A stretch of DNA of 64,000 nucleotides from an uncultured candidatus Brocadiaceae bacterium. GTDB taxonomy: Bacteria; Planctomycetota; UBA1135; UBA2386. The notes under the pieces are model-generated. The model was not told where the DNA came from and ran no database searches. It saw only the letters and a program-made list of their open reading frames with translations. Within the stretch, counting starts at the first letter, position 1; the number at the start of each line of letters is the position of its first letter. The stretch covers positions 83,988-147,987 of the forward strand of contig CAZIZN010000004.1 of NCBI GenBank assembly GCA_964543795.1, given 5' to 3'. Below, piece by piece: positions 34,209-43,885 of the stretch. Position numbers and translations under genes: made by a program.

Positions 34209-36446
34209 ATGCCCACCACGCCTTCCCTGGCCGCTCGCCTGCTCCCGTTCTGGTTCTGCGGCGCGCTGCCGCTCGGCGCCCAGGTGCCGGACCGGCCACC
34301 CGCGGCGCCGCGCGCGCTCACGGCCGAGCAGAGCCACGCGCGCATGGTGGAGACGCTGCGCAGCATCGCCGTCGCGGCGCGTGCCGAACACAAGTACCAC
34401 GGCGACGCGGCGGCGAAGGCCCTCTGGTCCGACCTCGCCGCCCAGGGTGATCGCGCCGGCTGGAAGCTGCGGCTCGACGCCGCGCAGGCGCACCTGCGGC
34501 TCGGCGACCTGCAGCGGGGCATCGACGTGCTGACCGCCGCGCGCGACGCCCTGCGCGACGGCCGCATCGAGGGCGACGCCGACGCCGCGACCGCGATCGT
34601 CTTCTATCTCGGCATGGCCTACCTGCGCCTGGCCGAGACCGAGAACTGCTGCGCGCGCGCGACGCCCGAGAGCTGCATCCTGCCGCTGCGCGGCGGCGCC
34701 CTGCACACGAACAAGCAGGGCTCGCAGATGGCGATCCCGAACTTCGAACTCGTGCTTGCCAACACGCGCCCCGACGACTTCTGGCACCTGAGCGCCCGCT
34801 GGCTGCTCAACCTCGCGCACATGACGCTCGGCACCTGGCCCGACGGCGTGCGCCCCGAACACCGCATCCCGGTGACCGCTCTGCAGTCGTCGGTCCCGTT
34901 CCCGCACTTCGACAACATAGCGCAGAAGGTGGGACTCGACACCTTCGCGATGCTCGGCGGCCTCGTCGCCGACGACTTCGACGGCGACGACGATCTCGAC
35001 GTGCTGATGTCGCTGTGGAACGCCGACGGCCAGATGCGCTACTTCCGCAACGAGGGCGACGGCACGTTCGCCGACCGCACCGAACAGGCCAACCTGATCG
35101 GCATCACGAGCGGCATCAACATGTTCCAGGCCGACTACGACGACGACGGCGACCTCGACGTCGTGCTGCTGCGCGGCGCGTGGCTCTACGACGGCGGCCG
35201 CCACCCGAACTCGCTGCTGCAGAACCGCGGCGACGGCTCGTTCGTCGACGTCACGTTCGCCGCCGGCCTCGGCGAGGTCGCCTACCCGTCGTCGCAGGCG
35301 GACTGGGCCGACATCGACAACGACGGCGACCTCGACCTCTACGTCGGCAACGAGACGACCGCGAAGATCCACGCGCCGTGCCAGCTGTTCGTCAACCAGG
35401 GCGACGGCACGTTCGTCGACGTCGCCGCCGCGGCCGGCGTCGAGAACCTCGGCTACACCAAGGGCGTCTCGTTCGGCGACTACGACGCCGACGGGCTCGT
35501 CGACCTGTTCGTCAGCAACCTCGCCAACGAGAACCGCCTCTACCACAACCTCGGCGGCTGCCGCTTCGAGGACGTGGCGCCGAAGCTCGGCATGACCGCG
35601 CCGATCGCGAGCTTCCCGACCTGGTTCTGGGACTTCGACAACGACGGCCACCTCGACCTGTTCGTCGCGGCCTACAGCACGGGCGTCGGCCACGTCGCCG
35701 GCCATCTGCTCGGCACGGCGGTCCGCGACAGCCGGCACGACCTGATGAAGCTCTGGCGCGGCGACGGCAAGGGCGGCTTCACCGACGTCGCCGCACGAAT
35801 GGGACTCACCTATCCGGCGCTGCCGATGGGTGCCAACTTCGGCGACCTCGACAACGACGGCTGGCTCGACTTCTACCTCGGCACCGGCGACCCCTATTAC
35901 TACAACCTGATGCCGAACCTGATGTACCGGAACGACGGCGGCGCGCGCTTCGTCGACGTCAGCATGGCCGGCGGCTTCGCGCACCTGCAGAAGGGACACT
36001 CGATCTCGTTCGCCGATCTCGACAGCGACGGTGACCTCGACGTCTACGCGGTGATGGGCGGCGCCTATCCCGGCGACGCCTCGTACAACGCACTCTTCGA
36101 GAATCCCGGCTTCGGCAACCACGCGCTCTGCGTGCACCTCGTCGGCACGGACAGCAACCGCTCGGCGATCGGCGCCCGGATCCGCGCCGTGTTCACCGAG
36201 GACGGCCGCGAACGCTCGGTCTACCGCCACGTCAACAGCGGCGGCAGCTTCGGCGCCAACCCGCTGCGGCAGACGATCGGCACCGGCAAGGCCACGCACA
36301 TCGACCGGCTGGAGATCCTGTGGCCGCGCAGCCGCAAGACCCAGACGTTCACCGACGTCGCGGTCGATCGCATGGTGCGGATCGTCGAGGGCACGGACGC
36401 GCTGACCCCGGTCGCGCTGCGCCGGACGAAGCTCGGCGGCGGGTGA
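34209..36446 (+). CDS. Secreted FG-GAP/VCBS-repeat protein with C-terminal ASPIC/UnbV domain (CRTAC1-like)
   Basis: ATG at 34209 with a signal-like N-terminus. Repeated DxDxDGxxD loops (DYDDDGDLDV, DIDNDGDLDLY, DYDADGLVDLF, DFDNDGHLDLF, DLDNDGWLDFY, DLDSDGDLDVY). C-terminal GARIRAV...VNSGGSFGANPL...LEILWP. Confidence 0.85.
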   Translation: MPTTPSLAARLLPFWFCGALPLGAQVPDRPPAAPRALTAEQSHARMVETLRSIAVAARAEHKYHGDAAAKALWSDLAAQGDRAGWKLRLDAAQAHLRLGDLQRGIDVLTAARDALRDGRIEGDADAATAIVFYLGMAYLRLAETENCCARATPESCILPLRGGALHTNKQGSQMAIPNFELVLANTRPDDFWHLSARWLLNLAHMTLGTWPDGVRPEHRIPVTALQSSVPFPHFDNIAQKVGLDTFAMLGGLVADDFDGDDDLDVLMSLWNADGQMRYFRNEGDGTFADRTEQANLIGITSGINMFQADYDDDGDLDVVLLRGAWLYDGGRHPNSLLQNRGDGSFVDVTFAAGLGEVAYPSSQADWADIDNDGDLDLYVGNETTAKIHAPCQLFVNQGDGTFVDVAAAAGVENLGYTKGVSFGDYDADGLVDLFVSNLANENRLYHNLGGCRFEDVAPKLGMTAPIASFPTWFWDFDNDGHLDLFVAAYSTGVGHVAGHLLGTAVRDSRHDLMKLWRGDGKGGFTDVAARMGLTYPALPMGANFGDLDNDGWLDFYLGTGDPYYYNLMPNLMYRNDGGARFVDVSMAGGFAHLQKGHSISFADLDSDGDLDVYAVMGGAYPGDASYNALFENPGFGNHALCVHLVGTDSNRSAIGARIRAVFTEDGRERSVYRHVNSGGSFGANPLRQTIGTGKATHIDRLEILWPRSRKTQTFTDVAVDRMVRIVEGTDALTPVALRRTKLGGG

Positions 36447-36523
36447 GCGGCCCGGCCGGGTGCCCCCGCCCGCCGCGCCGCAGGCGGTGTGGGGTATCCT
36501 TGGCCCGTCCGAACCAACCCTGC

Positions 36524-37147
36524 ATGCTCCCCCCCGGCGAGCCCGGCGCCCCCCACCTGTACCCCTCCACCTGGGGCCGGCTGATCGACAGCATCGACGC
36601 GGCGAACGTGTTCGTGCTGATCGCCAGCTGGCTCGGTCCCAAGGTCCGTCTCGAAGTCTCGGTCGAGGATATCTGGCAGGAGACGCTGTGGATGGCCTGG
36701 CGCGATCGCCAGCAGCACGAGTGGGTGAACCTGACCAAGTACCGCGGCTGGCTGCTCGGCATCGCCCGCAACCGCGTGCTGGAGGTGGTGCGCAACATCG
36801 GCCGCCAGAAGCGCGGTGGACTGGTCCGCACGCAGCAGATGTCGTCGCTCGGCGGGCCCGAGTCGGTGGCGGGCTACCTGCCGCCGCAATCGACCACACC
36901 GAGCCGCGTCGCCAGCAACCTCGAACGCGCACGCTGCCTCGAACGCGCGCTCTTGGCCGTCGACGAACCGCTGCGCGAGGTCGTGCGCCTGCGCCTGTTC
37001 GAGGAGCGCACTTCGCAGGAGAGCGCGACCGAACTCGGCATCCCGCTGTCGACGGCGAAGGACCGCTTCCTGCGGGGCACGCGCCAGTACCGCGACGCCC
37101 TGCGGCGGCTCTTCGGCAGCGACGACACCCACGGATCCTCGCCGTGA
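36524..37147 (+). CDS. ECF-type sigma-70 factor (no adjacent anti-sigma)
   Basis: ATG at 36524. Region 2 is VEDIWQETLWMAW...GWLLGIARNRVLE; region 4 is REVVRLRLFEERTSQESATELGIPLSTAKDRF. The stop overlaps the kinase start (GTGA at 37144..37147). Confidence 0.8.
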   Translation: MLPPGEPGAPHLYPSTWGRLIDSIDAANVFVLIASWLGPKVRLEVSVEDIWQETLWMAWRDRQQHEWVNLTKYRGWLLGIARNRVLEVVRNIGRQKRGGLVRTQQMSSLGGPESVAGYLPPQSTTPSRVASNLERARCLERALLAVDEPLREVVRLRLFEERTSQESATELGIPLSTAKDRFLRGTRQYRDALRRLFGSDDTHGSSP

Positions 37148-40100
37148 CCGACTCCTCCTCCGCAGACCCTGCCTTCGCCGACCTGCTCGACGAACTGCTG
37201 GCGGCGCTGCTCGACGGCGACGAGCCCGACCTCGCCGCGCTGGCCGCGCGGCACCCCGCCGTCGCACACCGCCTCGACGAAGCGCATCGGCTGGCGTGCT
37301 CCGTGGCTGGGCGCCGCACGAGCACACGGCCGTCGCTGCGCGGCTACCAGATCGTGCGCGAACTCGGCCGCGGGGGCATGGGCACGGTCTACCTGGCCCG
37401 CCAGCAGGACCTCGACCGCGAAGTGGCGCTCAAGGTGCTGCCCCACTCGTTCGGCCTGTCGGCGCACAGCCGGCAGCGTTTCCTCGACGAAGCCAGGGCG
37501 CTGGCGCGCGTGCAGCACGAGCACATCGTCGGCATCCATCGCATCGTCGACGACGGCGAGCTGCTCGCATTCGAGATGGAGTACGTCGACGGACCGAGCC
37601 TGCAGGACGTGCTCGCCCACCTGCGGGCCGTGCGCGAACAGGGCGCTGCCCCGAGCCTGCAGCACGTCGCCGACCTGCTGCGGCTGCCGCTCGCGAGCCT
37701 CGGCGCGCCGAACCTGACGCTGTTCTTCGTGCGGCTCGGCCGCGCGATCGGCCGCGCGCTCGGCGCCGTGCACGCCGCCGGCTTCGTGCACCGCGACGTC
37801 AAGCCGTCGAACATCCTGCTGCGCCAGAACGGCCAGCCCGTGCTCGCCGACTTCGGCCTCGTCCGCGACACCGCGCTCGAGCGTTCGCACAAGACGGGCT
37901 TCGTCGGCACGCCGGTCTACTCCTCGCCGGAGCAGCTGCGCGGCAACGCGCCGATCGGGCCGACGACCGACGTCTATGCGCTCGGCGTGACCCTCTACGA
38001 GTGCCTGACGCTGTCGCCGCCGTTCGCCGGCCGCACGACGACCGACCTGCTGAGTCGCATCGAGAACGGGCGCATCCCGCCGCTGCGAGCCAGCCATCCC
38101 GAGGCGCCGCGCGACCTCGAGACGATCCTCGTGCACGCGATGGAACTCGAGCCAGAGCAGCGCTACCGCGACGGCGCCGAGTTCGCCGACGACCTGCAGC
38201 GCCTGCTCGATCTGCTGCCGATCCGCGCCCAGCCGGTGTCGCTGCTGCGGCGCGTCGACAAGTTCGCGCGGCGCAACCGCCGCCCCCTGCTCGCCGGGCT
38301 CGTCGGCGCAGCGCTCGTCGCGCTCCTGATGGTGCCGCTGCTGAACCGGGTCCAGGCCGCGGACCGCCGACAGCAGGTCGCCCGCGACGAACTGCGCGCG
38401 GCGCGCGAGGTGCTGCTGTCGAGCGAGGTGCGCCTGCACGCGTGGCAGCGCGGCGTCTGGGGCGCGACCCAGGAGGACGGGGCCCGGGCCCGCGACGCGG
38501 CGCTGCAGCGCAGTGCTGCGCACTACGAACGCGCCCTGGCCGCCGACCCCACGGCGCGCGCCGTCCGGCGCGAACTGGCCGTCGTGCGCATGGCGCTGTG
38601 GCAGCGGCAGGTGCTGCTGTTCCACGCGCAATCGATCTCGCTCGCGCTGGCGTCGGACGAGTACCGGCAGCTCGCGGCGGAACTGCCGCAGCTGACGCGC
38701 CGCCTCGCCGCGTCGTCCGCGGCGGGCACGACCGCCGATCTGGACCTCGTCGCCGAACTGCGCGCCGCAGGCGACGACGAGCAGGCGGCGTTCGGTCTGC
38801 TGGCGTTCCTCGTCGGCGAGCTCCGCTGGTGCGAAGCCGCCTGGGAGGACCACGCCGCCGGCGCCGACGACGAACCGCTGCGCGACGCGGTGCTCGGACT
38901 CCTCTACCTGACCGACGGGGCGCCCGAGCGCGCCTACGTGCGGCTGCGCGCCGCGCAGCGAACGCTGCCCGACCCGGTCCTGGCGCTCGAACTCGCCGAT
39001 GCCGCCCTGGCGATGGGCGAGACCCGTCAGGCCGCCGCCTGGTTCGAACTCGCCAAGGACGCCGACGACCCGCCCGCCGTGCGCGCGCGCGTCGCCGCCG
39101 ACCTGCAGCTGGCCGCGGGCGACATCGACGGTGCCCGGCAGTGTTACCGCGATCTGGCGCGCGACAACCGTTCCGATCCGACGCCGCACCACCGGCTGGC
39201 GCAGCTCGCGATCCGCGCCGGCGACCTCGCGCGGGCCGCCGCCACGCTCGACGAGATGCTGCAGCAGTGGCCGACGATGACCCGGCTGCGGCTCGACCGC
39301 GCGCGCGTGGCGCTGCTGCAGCGCGACGTGCTCGGCTACGTGCAGCAGGTGGTCGCGCTGCTCGGCGACGAGCAGCCGATGCGTTCGCAGGGCAGTGCCA
39401 CGGACCTGCTGGAACTGCTGCGCATCGGCGGCCTCGAGGACCTGTACCGGCGCACCCACGAACGTTTGCCCGAGGTGCGGCTGGGCCGCAGCCTGTTCGG
39501 CGGCGAGGTGCCGCTCGCGGGCCTGCGGCCGCGCGCGGCGGTGGACCAGCTGCAGGCCATGCTGCCGACCCTGGCGTGGCTCGCGCAGCGCCGGGACGAA
39601 GCGCTCGGCCAGCCGAGCCACCTGGACCCGTGGACGGCCACGCTGCTCGTCGCGCTGCCGTTCGCCGCCAACCGGCTCCCCGGACTCGCGCCGGGCGCCT
39701 CGCCGCTGCAGCGCCTCGTCCTCGAGGCCGTGCCCTGGCTGGCGCGACGCTCCTACCGTCACGTGCAGCCCTACGTCCGGTGGCTGGCGATCCAGGCCAT
39801 GCCGGGCCCGTGGCACTTCTTCCAGATGCAGCCGGTCCGACCGCCCGCCGACCTGGCACCCAGGCTCTCCTTCGGCGGCACGATCGTGCCCGGCGCGGAC
39901 TGGAACGACGACGGCGTCGCCGAGCTGCTCGTCGCCGCCACCACGCCGCGCCCCGAGAACGGCATCGGCAGGGCGTTCGTCGTCGACGGCCGCAGCCTGG
40001 CGATCCTCGCCGACGTGTCCGGGAGTTCGCCCGAGCACCTGTTCGGCTACGCACTGGCGCTGGTCGGCGACATCGACGGCGACGGCGCCGCGGACTGGCT

Positions 40101-41010
40101 GGTCGGCGCGCCCGCCGGCACGCCGGCGGCGCGCGACGGCTGCGTCGAGGTGATCTCGGGCCGCCTGCACCGCCCGCTCGCGACGTTGCGCGGCAGCGGC
40201 GTCGCGTTCGGCGTCGCCCTGTCCGGCACGGGCGACGTCGACGGCGACGGCGTGCCCGACTTCGCCGTCGGCATGCCGCCGATCGCCCGCAACGCCACCG
40301 GCCAGGGTTCGGTCACGATCTTCTCGGGCCGCACGCGGCTGCCGCTGCGCACGTTGACCAACCGGGTGCCCGGCATCTGGTTCGGCGCGGCTCTCGCCGA
40401 CGCCGGTGACACCGACGGCGACGGCGTGCACGACCTCGTCGTCGGCGGCAACTTCGGCGGCGCGCCAGGCACGGTGTTCCTCTACTCGGGGCGCACCGGC
40501 GAGGTGCTGCACACCTGGAGCGACGACCTGGCCGACAGCGGCTTCGGCATCACGGTCGCGGGCGCCGGCGATCTCGACGGCGACGGCGCGGGCGACGTCG
40601 TCGTCAGCGCGGTCCGGCGCGACCCGCGCATCGGCCTCGACCAGGTCCGGGTCTACTCGGGCCGGACCGGCGCCCTGCGGTTCACGCTGCGCGGCGACCG
40701 GCCGGGCATCCACTTCGGGGCCGCGATCGCGCGCTATCCGGCCCCACCGGGGCGACCGCCCTGGATCGCCATCGGCGCGCCGCTCGGTGGCGAAGGCAGT
40801 TCCGGCGCCGTCCTGGTGATCGACGAGCACGGCCGCCGCCGGGCCACCCTGCAGGGTGCTGGCATGCTGTCGCGGTTCGGGTCCTGGGTCGTGCCGGTCG
40901 ACGACGTCGACGGCGACGGTCGCCCCGAACTGTTCGTGAGCAGCCCCGGCATGCCCGCATCGGTGGCGGTCACCCGCGTCGGGTCGCGCGACATGCAGTT
41001 CAGCCGCTGA
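37144..41010 (+). CDS. Receptor Ser/Thr protein kinase, 1288 aa: kinase, TM, helical (TPR-like) region, C-terminal FG-GAP beta-propeller
   Basis: GTG at 37144. GRGGMGTVYLA, VALKVL, HRDVKPSNILL, DFGLV, SSPEQ; TM LLAGLVGAALVALLMVPLL. C-terminal repeats are GDIDGDGAADWLVGAP, GDVDGDGVPDFAVG, GDTDGDGVHDLVVGG, GDLDGDGAGDVVVS and DDVDGDGRPELFVSS. Confidence 0.85.
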   Translation: MTDSSSADPAFADLLDELLAALLDGDEPDLAALAARHPAVAHRLDEAHRLACSVAGRRTSTRPSLRGYQIVRELGRGGMGTVYLARQQDLDREVALKVLPHSFGLSAHSRQRFLDEARALARVQHEHIVGIHRIVDDGELLAFEMEYVDGPSLQDVLAHLRAVREQGAAPSLQHVADLLRLPLASLGAPNLTLFFVRLGRAIGRALGAVHAAGFVHRDVKPSNILLRQNGQPVLADFGLVRDTALERSHKTGFVGTPVYSSPEQLRGNAPIGPTTDVYALGVTLYECLTLSPPFAGRTTTDLLSRIENGRIPPLRASHPEAPRDLETILVHAMELEPEQRYRDGAEFADDLQRLLDLLPIRAQPVSLLRRVDKFARRNRRPLLAGLVGAALVALLMVPLLNRVQAADRRQQVARDELRAAREVLLSSEVRLHAWQRGVWGATQEDGARARDAALQRSAAHYERALAADPTARAVRRELAVVRMALWQRQVLLFHAQSISLALASDEYRQLAAELPQLTRRLAASSAAGTTADLDLVAELRAAGDDEQAAFGLLAFLVGELRWCEAAWEDHAAGADDEPLRDAVLGLLYLTDGAPERAYVRLRAAQRTLPDPVLALELADAALAMGETRQAAAWFELAKDADDPPAVRARVAADLQLAAGDIDGARQCYRDLARDNRSDPTPHHRLAQLAIRAGDLARAAATLDEMLQQWPTMTRLRLDRARVALLQRDVLGYVQQVVALLGDEQPMRSQGSATDLLELLRIGGLEDLYRRTHERLPEVRLGRSLFGGEVPLAGLRPRAAVDQLQAMLPTLAWLAQRRDEALGQPSHLDPWTATLLVALPFAANRLPGLAPGASPLQRLVLEAVPWLARRSYRHVQPYVRWLAIQAMPGPWHFFQMQPVRPPADLAPRLSFGGTIVPGADWNDDGVAELLVAATTPRPENGIGRAFVVDGRSLAILADVSGSSPEHLFGYALALVGDIDGDGAADWLVGAPAGTPAARDGCVEVISGRLHRPLATLRGSGVAFGVALSGTGDVDGDGVPDFAVGMPPIARNATGQGSVTIFSGRTRLPLRTLTNRVPGIWFGAALADAGDTDGDGVHDLVVGGNFGGAPGTVFLYSGRTGEVLHTWSDDLADSGFGITVAGAGDLDGDGAGDVVVSAVRRDPRIGLDQVRVYSGRTGALRFTLRGDRPGIHFGAAIARYPAPPGRPPWIAIGAPLGGEGSSGAVLVIDEHGRRRATLQGAGMLSRFGSWVVPVDDVDGDGRPELFVSSPGMPASVAVTRVGSRDMQFSR

Positions 41011-41088
41011 ATTCCGTGATGGGTCCGACCGGAGCCGGGCGGATGGCTCCCTGTCTCCACACATTCTCCTCACCGGAATCGATCCATC

Positions 41089-42471
41089 ATGAACAACATC
41101 GCGCTCGGCAGCATCGCGCTCGCCATCGCCTGCTCCCCCCTCGCCGCACAGTGGAACCAGGCCGCGCCGGCCGCCTCGCCCTCGCCTCGCTACGGCCACG
41201 GCATGTGCGTCGACACGACCACCAACCGCGTGCTCCTGTTCGGCGGGTCCGCCGGTTTCTCGACCAGCAGCGAGACCTGGGGCTTCGATGGCGTCACCTG
41301 GACGCAGCTCGCCCCGACGGCGTCGCCCACCGGCAAGACCGGCATCGACCTCGTCTACGACCCGATCCGCGGCGTGGCCGTGCTCTACGGCGGCCTCAAC
41401 ACGTCGTTCTTCGGCGGCGCCTCGGTCGACCAGACCTGGGAGTTCGACGGCACCACCTGGACGCGGGTGTTCCCCGTCACCACGCCGGGAGGCCTGGGCA
41501 ACTACGGCATGAGCTTCGACCTCGTGCGCCAGCGCGTCGTGCTCTACGGCGGCACCGCCGACAGCCGGTTCCCGATCGCCGAGGGCGGCACGTGGGAGTT
41601 CGACGGCACGAACTGGTCCGCGATCACGACCACTGCGTCGCCCGGCCCGCGCGAGCGTCCGGCGATGTGCTTCCACGCCGGCATCGGCCGGACCGTGCTG
41701 TTCGGCGGCATCGACCCGCAGATCGGCGGCAACGACACGACCTGGCTCTACGACGGCACGAACTGGATCCCCGCGGCGATCACGGGCGCGCGCCCGGCCG
41801 TGCGCACCGGTGCGGAGATGACCTACGACTCGCAGCGCGGCGTCTGCGTGCTGACGGGCGGCCTCGACCCCAACACGGGCACGCCGATCGTCGACACGTG
41901 GGAGTTCGACGGCTCGGCCTGGACGCAGATCGGCAGCGCCACGAGCGCGCGCTACGCGCATGCGCTGGCCTACCTGCCGACCACGCGCAACGTCGTGCTC
42001 TTCGGCGGCGTCAACCCGACGACCTTCGTCGAGCTCGGTGACACGTGGCTCTACGGCGCGTCCTCGCGGACCTTCGGCAGCGGCTGTGCCGGCAGCAACG
42101 GCGTGCCGGCCCTCTCGGCCAGCGCCGCGCCGCGCCTGGGTGCGACGTCCACGCTGAACCTCACGAACCTCGTGCCCTCGAGCCAGTTCGCGTTCCTCGC
42201 GGTCGGCTTCAGCGACCAGACGGGTCCGCTCGGCGCGCTGCCGCTGTCGCTCGCGGCGTTCGGCATGCCCGGCTGCTCGGCGCTCGTCAGCGGCGAAGCG
42301 CTGCTGCTGATCCCGGCCAACGCGGGCGCGGCGACGTATGCGTTGAACCTGCCCTACGTGCCCGCCTTCGCGGGTCTGGCGCTGTTCCACCAGGGCCTGT
42401 CGTTCGACGCCGCGGCGAACACCGCCGGCTACACGGTCTCGAACGGCCTGGCCAGCATCGTGGGGTTCTGA
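41089..42471 (+). CDS. Secreted Kelch-repeat beta-propeller protein with shared two-Cys C-terminal module
   Basis: Signal peptide MNNIALGSIALAIACSPLAAQ. About 6 repeats of the W..l....P..R......LFGG type. C-terminal module at 42073..42468. Confidence 0.8.
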   Translation: MNNIALGSIALAIACSPLAAQWNQAAPAASPSPRYGHGMCVDTTTNRVLLFGGSAGFSTSSETWGFDGVTWTQLAPTASPTGKTGIDLVYDPIRGVAVLYGGLNTSFFGGASVDQTWEFDGTTWTRVFPVTTPGGLGNYGMSFDLVRQRVVLYGGTADSRFPIAEGGTWEFDGTNWSAITTTASPGPRERPAMCFHAGIGRTVLFGGIDPQIGGNDTTWLYDGTNWIPAAITGARPAVRTGAEMTYDSQRGVCVLTGGLDPNTGTPIVDTWEFDGSAWTQIGSATSARYAHALAYLPTTRNVVLFGGVNPTTFVELGDTWLYGASSRTFGSGCAGSNGVPALSASAAPRLGATSTLNLTNLVPSSQFAFLAVGFSDQTGPLGALPLSLAAFGMPGCSALVSGEALLLIPANAGAATYALNLPYVPAFAGLALFHQGLSFDAAANTAGYTVSNGLASIVGF

Positions 42472-42472
42472 C

Positions 42473-43849
42473 GTGAACGCCCCACGCGCATGGTTGGCGG
42501 CGGTGCTCGCGACGGCCCCCGCGGCCGTCGCGCAGTGGGGCCCCGCTCCCGCCGCGGCCGCGCCGCAGGAGCGCTCGGGCGCGCTGCTCGCCTACGACCT
42601 GCCGGGCACCCGGACGCTGCTGTTCGGCGGCAACTGGTCCAACGAGTTCTGGGCCTACGCGAACGGCACCTGGACGCAGCTCACGCCGGCGGTGCTGCCC
42701 GGCCCGCGGTCGCGCGCAGCGCTCGCGGTCGACACGCTGCTCGGCCAGATCGTGCTCTACGGCGGTGACACGCAACAGAGCCAGTTCGCCGCCGACGAGA
42801 CCTGGATCTGGGACGGCACGAACTGGTCGCTCGCGAACCTGACCGTGACGCCTGGCGGCATCGCGAAGCACTGCATGGCGTTCGACTACGCGCGCCAGAC
42901 GACCGTGCTCTTCGGCGGCCGGCGCAACAGCTGGGCGTCGTTCCAGGTGCTCGCCGAGACCTGGCAGTTCGCCAACGGCGCCTGGTCGCAGGCGACGCCG
43001 GCGACGTCGCCGCCCGCGCGCGCCGAGGCAGCGATGTGCTACGTGCCGGCGATCGGCAAGCTGCTGCTGTTCGGCGGCCACGACGGCAACGACGTGCCGT
43101 TCGACGACACCTGGACGTTCGACGGCGTCGACTGGACGCAGATCAACACGACCGGGCCGCGGCCGAGTCCGCGCGCCTACGCGCGCATGGAGCACGTGCT
43201 GACGCGCGGCATCGCCGTGCTGATGGGCGGACGCCACACGCAGACGATGGCGATCGCCAACGACACCTGGGAACACGACGGCGTCGCCTGGCGCCAGATC
43301 CAGGGCACCTACGGCGGCGTCTATCCGGCGCGGGCCGAGTTCGCCATGGCCCACGACCTCGTGCGCGACCGGCTCGTGCTGTTCGGCGGCAAGATCGCCA
43401 ACAACGCGCTGCAGAACGACACCTGGGAGTACGGCGCGCAGTTCCAGCGCTTCGGCAGCGGCTGCCTCGGCAGCAACGGCGTGCCCCGACTCGACGTGGG
43501 CACGCCGCCGCAGCTCGGCCAGACGACGACCGCGGTGCTGACCAACCTGTCCACCACGAGCGGCGTGGCGCTGATGGCGGTCGGACTGTCGCGACAGCAG
43601 TGGGCGCTGGGCTCGCTGCCAGCGCTGCTGACCAGCTACGGCATGCCGGGCTGCCGCGTCTACACGAGCAGCGACCTGTTCGCAGCCATCCCGAGCAGCG
43701 GCGGGGCCGCGACGTGGAGCTGGAACGTGCCCGCGTGGCCCGGCTTCCTCGGCGAGGCCTTCCACCTGCAGGGCCTCTCGCTCGATCCGGGCGTCAATGC
43801 CGCCGGCGCCGTGGTCAGCAACGCGGCGACCATCGTGCTCGGCACCTGA
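42473..43849 (+). CDS. Secreted Kelch-repeat protein, tandem paralogue of the preceding gene
   Basis: GTG at 42473, 1 nt after the preceding stop. Signal-like N-terminus and Kelch-type repeats. C-terminal module at 43451..43846. Confidence 0.8.
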   Translation: MNAPRAWLAAVLATAPAAVAQWGPAPAAAAPQERSGALLAYDLPGTRTLLFGGNWSNEFWAYANGTWTQLTPAVLPGPRSRAALAVDTLLGQIVLYGGDTQQSQFAADETWIWDGTNWSLANLTVTPGGIAKHCMAFDYARQTTVLFGGRRNSWASFQVLAETWQFANGAWSQATPATSPPARAEAAMCYVPAIGKLLLFGGHDGNDVPFDDTWTFDGVDWTQINTTGPRPSPRAYARMEHVLTRGIAVLMGGRHTQTMAIANDTWEHDGVAWRQIQGTYGGVYPARAEFAMAHDLVRDRLVLFGGKIANNALQNDTWEYGAQFQRFGSGCLGSNGVPRLDVGTPPQLGQTTTAVLTNLSTTSGVALMAVGLSRQQWALGSLPALLTSYGMPGCRVYTSSDLFAAIPSSGGAATWSWNVPAWPGFLGEAFHLQGLSLDPGVNAAGAVVSNAATIVLGT

Positions 43850-43885
43850 GCCTGCACGACCGGCCCGAGGCACCACGCCCCGGGA

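Noticed and set aside
33960-37325. 1121-aa minus-strand ORF opposite the FG-GAP/ASPIC and ECF sigma genes
   Set aside because: A shadow frame. The plus-strand frame carries repeated DxDxDG calcium-loop motifs and an ASPIC C-terminus.
36874-42390. 1838-aa minus-strand ORF opposite the sigma, kinase and Kelch genes
   Set aside because: Same reasoning: an Arg/Gly/Ala-rich low-complexity translation, antisense to genes with kinase, FG-GAP and Kelch motifs.
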